Shown here in pieces: positions 33,798 through 45,312 of a DNA stretch of 64,000 nt. Both the position numbers and the translations under genes were made by a program. The notes beneath the pieces were generated by a model. The model did no database searches, had not been told where the DNA came from, and saw only the letters and a list, made by a program, of their open reading frames with translations. Source of the stretch: Epithemia pelagica (Eukaryota; Protista; Bacillariophyta); assembly GCA_946965045.2 (NCBI GenBank), contig OX337235.1, forward strand, positions 2,914,001 to 2,978,000, in the 5' to 3' direction. Position 1 is the first letter of the stretch, and the number at the start of each line of letters is the position of its first letter.

Positions 33798-35005
33798 CAT
33801 GATTTTGATTTTAGTGAGGAAGTGACAAGACAACAGTTCGATTTGAGGTTTTGCGGGTTCTGTTTTGTAGTAAGAGCGACCAAAGTTAACTAACCGGTTA
33901 TGATTAAGGAGGGTCAGGGGCGGTACCCGGAATTTAAGCGGTCGTCTAGGTAGTGGCCCCTTGTCAACGTGCCGATGTGATGTACTCCTAGCAAGTATGC
34001 TGGCGGCAAATGGCAAGTAAGGTGCAGAAGGAACGGAAGTATTGTACTCCTATTGCTGCTTCGCCCTACGTTTCATTTGCCTTCAGAATTCACTTTGCAT
34101 CTTTACGGAGACCGACCATGGAACGTCAGTAACGGGAATGGATTAGCATTGATGCAAGCTAAAATGAGAAAACGAATGACCACACATGTTGTTTGCAGCA
34201 GTTTCTGGACAGGCTACTGCAACAGCTCACGACAGTCTCCCGCACCATCCCGCGGATGAAAGATCGACTTGTCGTCTTCAAGTTTCGCGGCATAGGTCGT
34301 TGGAAAGTTGTTCCCGTCGTGGCAAAACCAAGCCTGCGCTCTTGTGCGGTTGTGGAGGATTGCGCCAATTGTGAGCTTGGTTATTGTGTCTGTTCGGAAA
34401 AGTTCAAAAAGGTGAGGGCTCGTCATAAAGTCTCTGTAGCCGACGAATCCCCAGAATTCGAATTCCGGTTTTGCCATGTAAGCCGATCGGAACAATGCTG
34501 TCGTTGAAGTTGAGCTCCGGGACAGGTACCAGTCACATGCCAATGAACGGTGAAAGTCGGGACTCTTACCACAATGCAACGGTTTTCGTGGATTTCGCGC
34601 AACGAAGATGTTGTCCTTGAAACGTTCCGTAATAAGAAGTGTAGGTCGAGTCTGCAGGCACTGTCAGAGTACGTTTTCCATCTCTCAATGACCACCGGCG
34701 GAACCAGCAGCAAACTTCATCATTTCGAGCCGAGCACGTGATGGTGACTTTGTCTCGCGTCGAAGCCATGGAAAAAAGTTGATCCCGTCAGAGTTCAGGG
34801 ATATCTTGGAGCTTTATCCCCCAACGGGGCCGAGTTTTTTTAGGCATTCGTGCTCACAACCGAATCCTTGCTCGCCCCCGCAAGTCCCCTACAAGACTAA
34901 AGTAGGCCATCTATCCATTGCAACCGACTACGGATGAATCTACTCCAAAGTGAAGCTGACACAACGGACAAAGGGACTCTATACACCGTTTCTAAATAAA
35001 ACTAT

Positions 35006-35596
35006 TTAAGGGGAAGGAAGGAGAGAGACACCCAATTGTTCGTGGACCATGAGGGCGAGGATGCCCATCATGGCGGCACGGCCTTGGTTGAGTTCGATAC
35101 CACGCTTCTTCAACTTGGTTTCTTCGTCGAAAGAGTCCCATCCGAAGTCGATGGCGCCGTTACGGAAGTCACCAACGAATTCTCCGCCAGTGATGTCCTT
35201 CATGACGGAGGCCTCGAGGACACCAATCAAGAATAAGAGTTGGACAAGTCCACCGGCAGGGATGGCCTTGAAGGCGGCGAAACCGTTGGGGATGTCAGTG
35301 AAGGCAGTTCCCGAAAGGTCAATGTTTCCTGGAAGACGGGCGCCGGATTCGGCGGTGAGGTAGCCGACAACGGCAAGCATGGAGATACGTCCGTGCTTGA
35401 TTTCGACGTAACGAAGGCGGTCGAACTTTTCTTGGTCACCATCTTCGACAAGGCCGAGGGGGTCGAAGAATCCAAGAGGAGGCTGGGCACCGAGTTCGTC
35501 CTCGAAGGCGTTCAAGGCCGTGGTGGAGGCCTTTTGGGCGACAGGGGCAAAGGCCGAAGCGGCGGCGATAAGGGAGGCAAAAACGGCGGTCTTCAT
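35006..35596 (-). CDS. Lhcf: Fucoxanthin-chlorophyll a/c light-harvesting protein (Lhcf family), single exon
   Basis: MKTAVFASLIAAASAFAP targeting motif, ELGAQPPLGFFDPLG, RYVEIKHGRISMLA and IELNQGRAAMMGILALMVHE. Confidence 0.97.
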   Translation of the reverse strand: MKTAVFASLIAAASAFAPVAQKASTTALNAFEDELGAQPPLGFFDPLGLVEDGDQEKFDRLRYVEIKHGRISMLAVVGYLTAESGARLPGNIDLSGTAFTDIPNGFAAFKAIPAGGLVQLLFLIGVLEASVMKDITGGEFVGDFRNGAIDFGWDSFDEETKLKKRGIELNQGRAAMMGILALMVHEQLGVSLLPSP

Positions 35597-36499
35597 CTTT
35601 CTTGTATTCTTGAGAATATGAGGACGAGAGTGGTTGAGATTGGATTTTCGAGGCGAAGAAAATCTTGTCGAGCAGATGGAGTTCAACCAGGACTCAGTCT
35701 GCAGCACGCGTTGTGCGTGCTTTAATTCGTGACTCAAAAAGATCGCGAATCCTTTCCCACACTTTGCACCGCAGTCGGTTTGCGACGTCAGAACATTCGC
35801 AGAATCTACCCATTCCGGGCAAACGCCAACACAAGCATAGCGAATGTAGGAGTATGCAATAGAGACGAAATCACGAACGAGCCCACATCATCTCGCCCAG
35901 ATGCCTCTTCGACAAATAGAATGTTCTCCTCATTACCACGTCGTCATCCAGACGCAATCGTACGTGAGGGGAAGATGTAGATTCGGCCTAACGTTCATGA
36001 ATGGATGAGCCTGAAACGACTTGACTGGACCAACCAAGTCGTTTCCTTGGCGATGGTGGGAGAATTAGAAAAACGACGTCCAAATACTAACCATAACCAC
36101 ACTCGTAGAATCGACGCTGATGTATGTTTCAGCAAGTTGCAGGAATTTTGCAATATCTATGGGTCTGACTTGGATTCAGCGTTCGGTCCATTAAAACGCC
36201 ACAGAAGCAAAGAAATCGCGGAATGTCAAAGATACAGAAGTTGTGAATGGTATGAGCTATTGTATAGCCGCCGTAATTAAATTTTGTTGCAGACTTTCGT
36301 CTCTATCTCTCTATTCGAAGCAAAGAGTGAGACGTCGTGCACCACTTAGAAAGAACCATGAGTATGGCACACATCTAATGGAAATGGCCACGAGCTTGGC
36401 TTCCCAGACCGGTCCAGTCGAAAACTCGTTGAAAGAGGGAGCCTTTGGATTCACGAGTGACATAGGTGCTTTCTCGAACAGCCACCTGGACGTGATTGC

Positions 36500-37507
36500 C
36501 TAGGCAAACTCACTGACGAGCCCCGTTGCAACGGAATCTTTGGAGTTGTCTTCCATGAGTGAAACTTGTCGGTAATCTTGGGTACCAGATGCCGATGGAT
36601 CTGTAAATGATACTGGTTCCACAAGTTCTCGTTGCAAAATGGTTTTGGTGAGACCTTCCTTGTCAACTCGGATACTGGCGTACAAGACCATTTTCAAAAT
36701 GGTATTGAGTGGCATGTACAAGAGGTCGGGGACGAACGACACAATGATACCAGTGGGTGTCATGTACCGCAGTGGATTGTCGGAGGAATTGAAAATATTA
36801 TGAAGCAAAAATCCAACAATGAATCGGACAATGTAAAAGACACAAATGGGACAGAAGGTATAGAATCGGCGACCTTCCGTCAACTCCAACGATCGACGAA
36901 GGGCCTGCATGGGTCCCTTGTTCTCCACCACCACAACAGGGTAGGCCAGGCAGGTGGAGGCCACCAAATAACACAATCCGACGGCATACAACATGATCAA
37001 GAGGAACCCCAAAACTGGAACTTTGCTGGCTAAAATAGCGATTGTCAGACCCACATAGGTAGGAATTCCCACCAACACGGCCGTACCCCACAAACTACAA
37101 AACTGCTGGACTCCCACCTTGAGACAAACGAACCATCCTTGCGGTTGTGCCGCGTAGGTATCTGCCGTGGCCCGAATGACGCCACCCTCTCCAACCAACA
37201 TGATCAGGGTAAAGAAAATCACTTGAATCACATAGACAATGGCAATCACGTGGGCGTGATGACCGACAAATGCAATCAACGACATGGCTGCCGCGTCCGG
37301 ATCTTCTCCTGCCTTGACTTTCGAAAGTTCCAATTCTTCCAATCGCGCAAAGGCTCCCACCAAGGCAAGCATGACAGCCGAAGGGATGGACACAACCGCA
37401 GCCAGTGCCATGTACACATCAAATCGATCCACAAAGAGATCCATGGTACGCGAAAAGACACGGCCTAAACTCAAATGTTCAAAAAGATTGTCTTCTTCGT
37501 TCGGCAT
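36500..37507 (-). CDS. Multi-pass membrane protein of unknown function
   Basis: About six TM helices, the pattern LSLGRVFSRTMDLF...YPVVVVENKGPMQALRRSLELTEGRRF, and likely ATG at 37507. Confidence 0.65.
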   Translation of the reverse strand: MPNEEDNLFEHLSLGRVFSRTMDLFVDRFDVYMALAAVVSIPSAVMLALVGAFARLEELELSKVKAGEDPDAAAMSLIAFVGHHAHVIAIVYVIQVIFFTLIMLVGEGGVIRATADTYAAQPQGWFVCLKVGVQQFCSLWGTAVLVGIPTYVGLTIAILASKVPVLGFLLIMLYAVGLCYLVASTCLAYPVVVVENKGPMQALRRSLELTEGRRFYTFCPICVFYIVRFIVGFLLHNIFNSSDNPLRYMTPTGIIVSFVPDLLYMPLNTILKMVLYASIRVDKEGLTKTILQRELVEPVSFTDPSASGTQDYRQVSLMEDNSKDSVATGLVSEFA

Positions 37508-38249
37508 GGTGAGAATCCGACGTATCACTTGGTAGAGAGTCAAAAGAGCTGAAGATTGTTTCAAAGGACACAAAGGAGAGTGTCGAAGAGATCAGTGAAC
37601 AAGAAGCGACTTGCGCTGTTGGGGAAGATCGTCGACCCGCATCCTTTGTGTCTGCCGCGTTCGCCTATTCTACCCCGATAAAAGATGTCTCTCTGGGTTC
37701 AACATACAACCTGGAGTTCTTAAAATAACTCTGTTCAAAATAATTGAAAAATATATAATGAAGTTTTTCCAAAAGAGTAGCTGTGACCCCCGAATATATT
37801 ACCGTATTGGGGGGTGTCATATTGAAAGGTGATACCAAGACATTTCTCAACTGATCCGTTGGATGAGGTATCTTTCATTTTTTGTCATTGATGCAATGAT
37901 ACACTTGATGGATTGAATATCCAAGACGCAACATGAAAGCGAGGTAACGTTACTTGTCGCCCTATCCGAATCCATGGATGATCATCATGTCTTTCGCACC
38001 ACATACGACGAAGGTTCGCACTGTTTGGACGAAAAAATGGTCCGTGTCTGAGTCGGTGTCCTCCATGATCTCTAACAGCAGCATCAGAAAGAGAGCCAGA
38101 TAGATTCCTTGGATGAGATCATGCTGGAGAAACATCTCATCGTCGTTCCGAAACGATACTTTGATGGTCGAAAGAACTTGTCGAAATGGTGAAAAGAGGC
38201 AATGGCATGAAAAGATGCAACTTGAGCATGTTTGCTTTATGACAGGTTG

Positions 38250-38470
38250 CATCTTGTTAAACAGTTGTGATTCCGAAATTCATTTTCTGATGTTGGAACA
38301 ACAAGATGACCGGGAGTCACCACGTCCCCATTGTCAAACCCACATCAAGCTTGTATCCCAAGGCCGGCTCCAGGAAAACTTGAAGGAGCCATGTAAACTC
38401 CACATGTATAGCTCCCGAGGTTGGCATTTTTGTCCTCAGTAACATGCACTTCTTCGGGCAAGGCCAACTT
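38250..38470 (-). pseudogene. Fragment of a diatom SET-domain-like family gene
   Basis: CGVYMAPSSFPGAGLGIQA*CGFDNGDVVTPGHLVVP resembles the C-G-L-Y-x-A-P-S-T-I-P-G-A-G-L-G motif of diatom SET-like proteins. It has an in-frame TGA and no intact continuation. Confidence 0.4.
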
Positions 38471-39897
38471 TTCCTGCTCCGAGGAAGGAGGCGGACGTTG
38501 AAAGCTTCCATACTTCACATCATTTGTAGACTGGTTTGAGGGCAAAGATGCTGCTGCAACTGAAATACAGAAGCCTTCGAAAATGTGAGAAGGGCATGCA
38601 AAATTCGTGGTGTGGCCTCTTTCTCTAAAACCGCCGACACCGATGCACATTAGCCATGACATGTCACAGGCAGCCACGTCTGTAGAGGTCATGCATTCTT
38701 GGTCACGATTTTCTTACCCACTCTCGAACAAAACGATCACCATGGTCCAAACTTTATTCTCTGCGAAGGTGCATGACAAATGGAAACAAGCGAGGAGAAA
38801 CTTTGCCTACCAACAAGAAAAGGTCAATGGAACAGTTCATACCCGACGAGGTATCCATAGAGGAGGACTTAGCCCATATGTATCACCAAGCTATTCAGGA
38901 TGTGATTTCTTGTGTTGGTGATTGTCCACAAGCTCTGTGTCACAAACGGAGTCGACCCTAAGACTGCGCATGAGTTTGTCCAAGTTTTTTTCGGACCAGA
39001 TCACGGTGATGATTCATCTTGTGGATTCTTCGAAAGGATTTCTCTTGTACGCTTGCTAGACACTACGGATGGATAATTATACGCTGTACAAACAAGTACA
39101 AGAATGGGTTGGTGAAGCAATTTGCCCAAGATGACCAAGTGTCTCTCGAAAGAGAGTATCAAGCATCTTATCTATCCTGTCGAATTGATCGCCTGGAAAG
39201 GTGAAAGATTTACCGATCCCCGACTTTGGAGAAAATAATTAATCTTCATTGATTCAACAAGCGCTGAGAATACGAGAATCGCAAAAGGGCTACTTCGTGA
39301 AGAAGTCATGAGAGGTACATACGGGCCCTTGTGCGACTGCGGATGGTTGCCACCGTCCCTATGCCTGTATCATTGTACTAGGAGTATATTCAACAACATT
39401 CACTGGTCAACCCAAGATGTTGAATCTTGGGGCTTTGAGTTTGAGGCGAACTCTATACTGTTTCAGCAGTGTCTCGAAAAGGTCACCGGTGCCCCCAAAC
39501 AATGGTCTGTGGTCCGACTCTTGATGAAAAAAGGCTAAACGCAAAGCGCACAGAGGGGAAAACGAGATTTTTGTATATGACCACCCACCACATGTCAGTG
39601 CCAAAAACATGAATAAAGTGATTTGTGTCCGAGCTACGAGTATGCGGAAGTGAAGCCTCAAGAGTCAAATAGAACGACCTTTCGGAGAGAATAGTCTGAT
39701 TTACGTTCGCGCTTTCCTTTCTGAAAATCTCTCAGAAGAAAAGAGTCCACTGTTGTTCGAATTTCGAATGCTATTGGTTGTCACGATCGAACGAGCATCC
39801 ATTCGTGGTGCATTTCGATGTGACCAATCTCTTGTCGTTTTTGTTGAAACACAACTCCGGTCGTACCGTACAAGTAACCACTAGAGATGATCTCATG

Positions 39898-42800
39898 TTA
39901 TTTTGAAAAGAAAGAGCCTCCTCTTGGCTCATTTGTTTGTTTCGCCTCGATCTTGTGCCTATGACTCTGACGTGTCACCAAAGTCCATTGGGCCTTTTCC
40001 TCCTCAGTCGCACTTTTCGTTTCCTTTGCCTTACTCGCATCCACTTGTCCTAACACACTCCTTCGCGAGGAATGGTATTTACTAGTTCTCGGGATATTCA
40101 TTAGGGCATCACGAAAAGTATAGAAGATGGATCCTTGCAACGGCTTCTTGTGGAAGTCAGCGATCATTTCTTCAGTCGGGCAATATTCAATTCGTTAGTC
40201 TTTCTTGTCAACACGATCCTTGATATAGAAATATCTGATGTTGATATGTTTTGTTCGTTTGCTGCTTGACGCACGTCCATTTTTCTCGAGCAAGATGGTA
40301 CTCTTGTTATCTTGATACAAGATCACGTCCTTTATTGGATAGCCTTGGGCCTCCATAAATTGCTTACTCCACATGATCAATGGAAGTCCATCGTGGACCC
40401 CAATTAGTTCGCTTTCAGTCGAACTTCTGGCAACTAATTTTTGCTTGCTTGACATGCTCAGAGCGGCCCCTTGTCCCATTGACATGACTGCTCCAGTATG
40501 TCCACGCATATTTGGATGAATTGCCACTCCCATCACAGTTGAGGCGTAACAGGAGGTCTTTTGTCGACTGCAGGTATTTCATTAGTCGGGAGAGTTTCCT
40601 CCAGTCCTCCTCAGTCGGCTCAGCAACTCGAGTACTCAAGAAAGCCAGAGTTGCTCTCAAATCAGGTCATGCCCGTTGGGCCTAATACATGAGCTGCATA
40701 GTGAGACTATGGAAATAGTTGGCTTGGTCTTGTTTCAGTTTTGGGGACTCTTCTGTCACCATGAAGAGATGATTAGCTGCTGGTGTCAAGGCTTTGCCAT
40801 GAAATTCTTTTGGCGCTTCCTCAATCAATCCTTGGATGTATAATTGCATATCGACCATAAGGGTACCGGGCTCACTAAAGTCCAACCACATTCCCAGATA
40901 ATCATGACGCTTGCCACGTGAAATGGACAGTTCACCAAGGGTGGCAAAAGTGTTGTTCAAATCCTCAATGATTTGCGTTACCACGGCAGGATCTTTGTGA
41001 GAGATCTTAAGATTGTCCACATGCCAGGTAAGAGTACACTGATGGCCGTTGATTGTTTTGTTTGCCACACAAGAATCGTATGGATTAATCTCGAAGCCCC
41101 AGCTTTTCACAACACTTGTGAGCTTCTCCCAAAATAGTCTTGCTGCTCTGAGTGTACCGTATAAAGCTCGTAGAAATTCCACATATATAACTTTTCCTCC
41201 ACGTTCATAAACCACAAATTGTTTGTAGCTTTTGTCAATTTCGATCAAGAGGTCGACCATCAGTCCCGTTATGCGCATATAGACGTCCTTGTCCATGATT
41301 ACTTGCATAAATGCACCTGGGATGTCAACTACTGCCACCTCTCGCTTCTCCATCGCGTCAACTATTGCCGTGATAAATACCGCCTCGGTTGATACTGTTG
41401 GTGAGACTGTGTCTTCCTTTGCAATATGACCCCGCTGCTTTCTACCGTCTGCACAACCACGACCTTTGATCTTCCCATTCCTTTTTCTCTTTAGGAACAT
41501 CAAGTATCCTAAGGCTTGGCGTATTTGTTCTTTCGTAAGTTGGCTTTTGTGAATTGCTCGAATCACGTCTCGGTCATGAAGTTGTAGAACTTCTTTCTTG
41601 ACTGCCGAGACTCCCAGATCTCCAAACATCCTCACTCCTTGTTTCATACCCATCTGTGGAGTTTCGTTGGTAGCGCTCGTCACATAGATATCATGGTCAT
41701 ATCTATGCGCGTAGCTACGTTCTCTATTTGTACGTAGATTGTATCTTCGTTCCGATGGGTCTCTGCCTGTCGCCACTTGGTGCTGCAGTGGGTTCTGTTC
41801 TGGGTTCTGGTTCCAGGGCCGGCTCAGCTTGATTATCTGCCAACATGTTGTCTGCCACGGCTTGATCAACAAAATATTCTATATTTTGTTCGTCCTGTTG
41901 GTCAATCTCATTTGCCAATACAGGATTTTCATTGAGTTCTCCTTCGTGATACTGCTCCACTCCTGGATTTTCAGCTGGAGCATTGATTGGACCATCGAAA
42001 GGTTCTCCTTCTGCAGCTGGAGCATTGATCGGACCATCGAAAGGTTCTCCTTCTACTGATGGTTGGTCGAATACTTGATCATCGTTTTCCACATCCTCCA
42101 CTCCTTGATCCCCCACTCCTTGATTTTCCTCCATCTCCTCCATTGGATCACCTATTCCTTCCTCTTCCTCACCGATGACCTCCATACCCAATCCATGGTT
42201 TTCATCTTCCTCGTCTACCTCTTCATCCACTTCTTCTAGCTCGCCGTCAATATACTCTTCATCATACCGAAGATCAATATCTTGCTCTTCTTCGTCAACA
42301 ATGAATTCCTCATCGTTTGATTCATCATCATCATCAAATTCGAGGGCTACAATTCGGTTGTCACGGTTGCCAAATGCCAAATTTGGGTACCGATCTTGCG
42401 CATTGGTTAAGTCATACACGCGTTTTTCGATGCCTTCAGGCATTGGCACAATTGTTGCATGATTCCTGTTGATGATTCGGCCAGTGACTAGGCTCATGAA
42501 GTAGTATCCTCCCTGGCGGTTCCCTGTAGGGCGAAGGGCAATTGCTCCCACTGTTCTTGGTCCCATGTTGTTTGAATGCTGCTCGTGGGTTTGGACGTAC
42601 TGACCAAATTCAAATTTGCAGTGACGATTAAAGTCAATCATTTCCGCAGTTATGAGAGTTCTAGGACTGAGCGTGTTGGAAAGTCCTTGGGATGCTGGAA
42701 AAGCGTTCAGCCAATAACAAGCATACTTTGCCAGCTCAATCACCATAATTCTTGGGACATAGCGAAATGGGAGTGTGTTATATACACAACGCATTCGTTC

Positions 42801-44516
42801 CTTGAGCGTTCGTATGTATCGCTCCACCTCACCAACATGTTCTTCTCTTGAAGTTGGGTTGAGCTTGATCCCAATGTTGTTGAGTGCTGCATTGATCTCT
42901 GTCGTATCAAAGGCTCCATCAGCTAAGAGAACACGTGGTCTCAGATCTCCTCGTCGATATATTGACGCTACCTGTTTGATTGCCGTAATGACAGACTGAT
43001 CTGTAACTGACGGTAGGGTATGGACTGTCCCGAACTTGATATTCCGAGAGATGGTGACAAGGAAACCCACGCCATTAACATGCATTACATCCATGCTGAG
43101 AACAACATCTTTGTGTTTGTCCGGGATGGGGACGTCAACGAGTTCTTGGAATTCCACTTTGTGTGGGCGTCTTCGCGTTGTTTTTCCTTTTAGGGTCCCT
43201 ATGTCGGGTCCAAAGATTTTCATTGCTAACTTGACATCATGACTCGTGAATGGGCAATTCGGAAGTAAATTTGAGTCCAGAAACTTACACAGTTCACGGT
43301 CACTTGGTCGCCCTACTTTTGCTTGAAGCGACCGGACTCCCTTAGCACGAGCAACTTCATTCTCCGTATATCCTTGCTTATTCTTAGACACAGTGGTGAC
43401 TAGGCATGATTTATTATCTGAATTACGCTCAGTATAATACAAGCCCTCTCCATTTGATTTGAAGCAGTCCACCTGGTCTCCATTTTTGTCATATACTGTG
43501 AATGTATCGTTGTCGTCGTTGTACTTGATCTTGTGGGTTTTGGTAATGATATAGAATGAGAGGATGTTGACCCAGCCCCCTTGGTCAAACCAGACCGTTC
43601 CATAAGGGTCAAATTTGCCTTGAAGTGCTGTTGTCCTGGATCCCCCATGTCCCCGTATTGTTATCTGATGTGGTTATCTGATGTGGTTATCTGATGTGGG
43701 GCCTTGGATGGTTGATTTTGTAGAAGTTGTGGATTTGAAAAGACATGGACTGTTGCCTGGTTGTCGAGTAGGATCCAGGTCTTGGGTATGTTAGTCTGGG
43801 AAGTTGAAAGAGAAAGAACAGGTGAGGTTGGAATAACAGTTGATATATGGTCAGTATGATTCGAACCTTGTTGATTGGCACCACCTTGGGTGTCACCTTG
43901 ATTTGTAGTTGTTGTAGTGGTTGTTGAATCGGTGATGAATGCAACACCAGTACCTCCATTTGCATTTGTCGTATCATGTTGACTCTGTTGTTCTTGTTTG
44001 CTTGACATTCTTGCATCCATGATTGCTCTAGCGTCGGCCAAGGTAGCTGGATAAATATTCTGTCCATCTAGGAAGTTGTTATGAAGATGAGCTTCATACT
44101 CCTTCTGCTGGCATGCTCGAATGAAGCGATTGGCGATCATTCTTTCTTGAGCTTCTATTGTATCCTCATCGATGGCGTTGCCAGCACGTCCATTTTTCTT
44201 AGCAATCTCTTCAACATAGGCAGCATCATAGAGGATAATTCCAAGTTCCTCTATCACTTTCACCTTCGCCTTAAACACTTCATAGAACTGGTGGACACTC
44301 TGACCAGGATGCCGTTTCAAGTGATAAAAGTCAAACCAGATTTGATCCATTGCCATTCCAGTGTAAACTCTCCCAGGCTGGTAGGTGAAGGTAGTTGTTT
44401 TTATGAGCTGCAATAACTCAATCCCGTCTCTCTTGGTTTGAATTGATCCAAAGTCTTTGTGAGCACGAAGTTTATCCTTGAGGAGTTCTGTTGACTGTCC
44501 CAATATAATACTATAT
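39898..44516 (-). mobile_element. Decayed Ty1/Copia (CoDi-type) host element, 3' segment: gag C-term, protease, integrase, RT, RNase H
   Basis: Protease WILLDNQATVHVFSNP; integrase VLSMDVMHV/LLADGAF/HVGEVERYIR; RT VDIPGAFMQ, LYGTLRAA, WHVDNLKISH; RNase H RSSTESEL, YQDNKSTI. Multiple stops and frameshifts. A candidate 3' LTR start TGTTAGGA lies at about 40055. Confidence 0.92.
43661..43699. repeat. 13-bp tandem triplication TTATCTGATGTGG disrupting the host Copia ORF
   Basis: Three consecutive copies at 43661, 43674 and 43687. Confidence 0.9.
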
Positions 44517-45274
44517 TGTTAGGATTCTCACCGAAAACTAGGTGGCGAAACCTACAACTCATCGAATGATGCTAGTATTTTATGGCATCCGATGACATTT
44601 TCCTAAAAGTGAGAAAAGAATGTCGGCATGCTCGCGAAACTATAAATTTGGCCACGGCATGCTCGCAGTGCACGCGTTATCGGCGACCGCTCGGATATTA
44701 ACTATGGCCCAACACGTGCGCGCCCAAAACTATCAAGTGCGCGCCTCTACTATCCGAGTACGCGCATCCACGATTCGACCTAACGGTCTATGTAATCAAA
44801 GCACGAATCACGATCACGCGAGACCATATCTCTGTTCCCACAAATCCAAGAATGCAAACAGCAACGCGCCCAGGACAAGACCTATACCACGACAAAGCAA
44901 GAGCTGTTGCATCCCATACATGTTATCCATCACCCTATACATTCAATATACACCAATGCCGGTCTACTCCAACCAGTGAGGACCTATCACACCAGATCCA
45001 TGGCCGTATGCAAGAGCCAGGACTTCGGCACCATCAACCACCTTAGTTAGTAATCGTCTCACAATCATTAATATCACCATTTTAACACTCATCTTAAGAC
45101 TTACCTCTTATCAGTGGACCGACTGCCCCCACCCACGGCGGACTTCGACTTGCAACTCTTCTCTGACCCGTGGAGGATTGTTGTATCGGTTGGTGATTCG
45201 ATTGTCGGCTCAGCGAGCCTTTTACCTATCCTAACTATCTGTCTAACCCCTGTTGAATCGAGAGAAGTTTATCA
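44517..45274 (+). repeat. 5' LTR
   Basis: TGTTAGGATTCTC...GAAGTTTATCA. Identical by eye to 52079-52836 except T44753/G52315. Confidence 0.97.
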
Positions 45275-45291
45275 GATTAACAGTCTCAACG
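45275..45291 (+). promoter_or_regulatory. Primer-binding site complementary to a tRNA-Asn(GUU) anticodon stem-loop (putative)
   Basis: GATTAACAGTCTCAACG directly follows the LTR. Its reverse complement contains TGAGA-CT-GTT-AA-TC. There is no TGG (CCA-complement). Confidence 0.6.
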
Positions 45292-45312
45292 TTTATTTCC
45301 GAGAAGCTTTCG

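Larger units (their letters stand above)
28160..33900. repeat. Hierarchical tandem array: alternating ~1.39-kb and ~1.06-kb units (2448-bp dimer), five ORF-bearing copies plus a truncated 3' remnant
   Basis: The ORF stop coordinates 28385, 29798, 30854, 32246 and 33303 are spaced 1413, 1056, 1392 and 1057. Copies 2 and 4 encode identical proteins. A diverged remnant of the unit end sits at 28161-28305. Confidence 0.95.

Noticed and set aside
28160-33900. CRISPR-like reading of the repeated units
   Set aside because: The units are kb-sized near-identical duplications without unique spacers, there are no cas genes, and the DNA is eukaryotic.
34050-34770. Cluster of short overlapping ORFs between the array and Lhcf
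   Set aside because: No coherent frame or motif. It may be a decayed gene but cannot be supported.
35036-35725. Plus-strand ORFs overlapping Lhcf (up to 161 aa)
   Set aside because: Antisense shadows produced by the strong codon bias of a highly expressed gene.
44620-44979. 119-aa ORF repeated at 52182-52541
   Set aside because: Conserved only because the two LTRs are near-identical. It starts at GTG and has no protein-like features.
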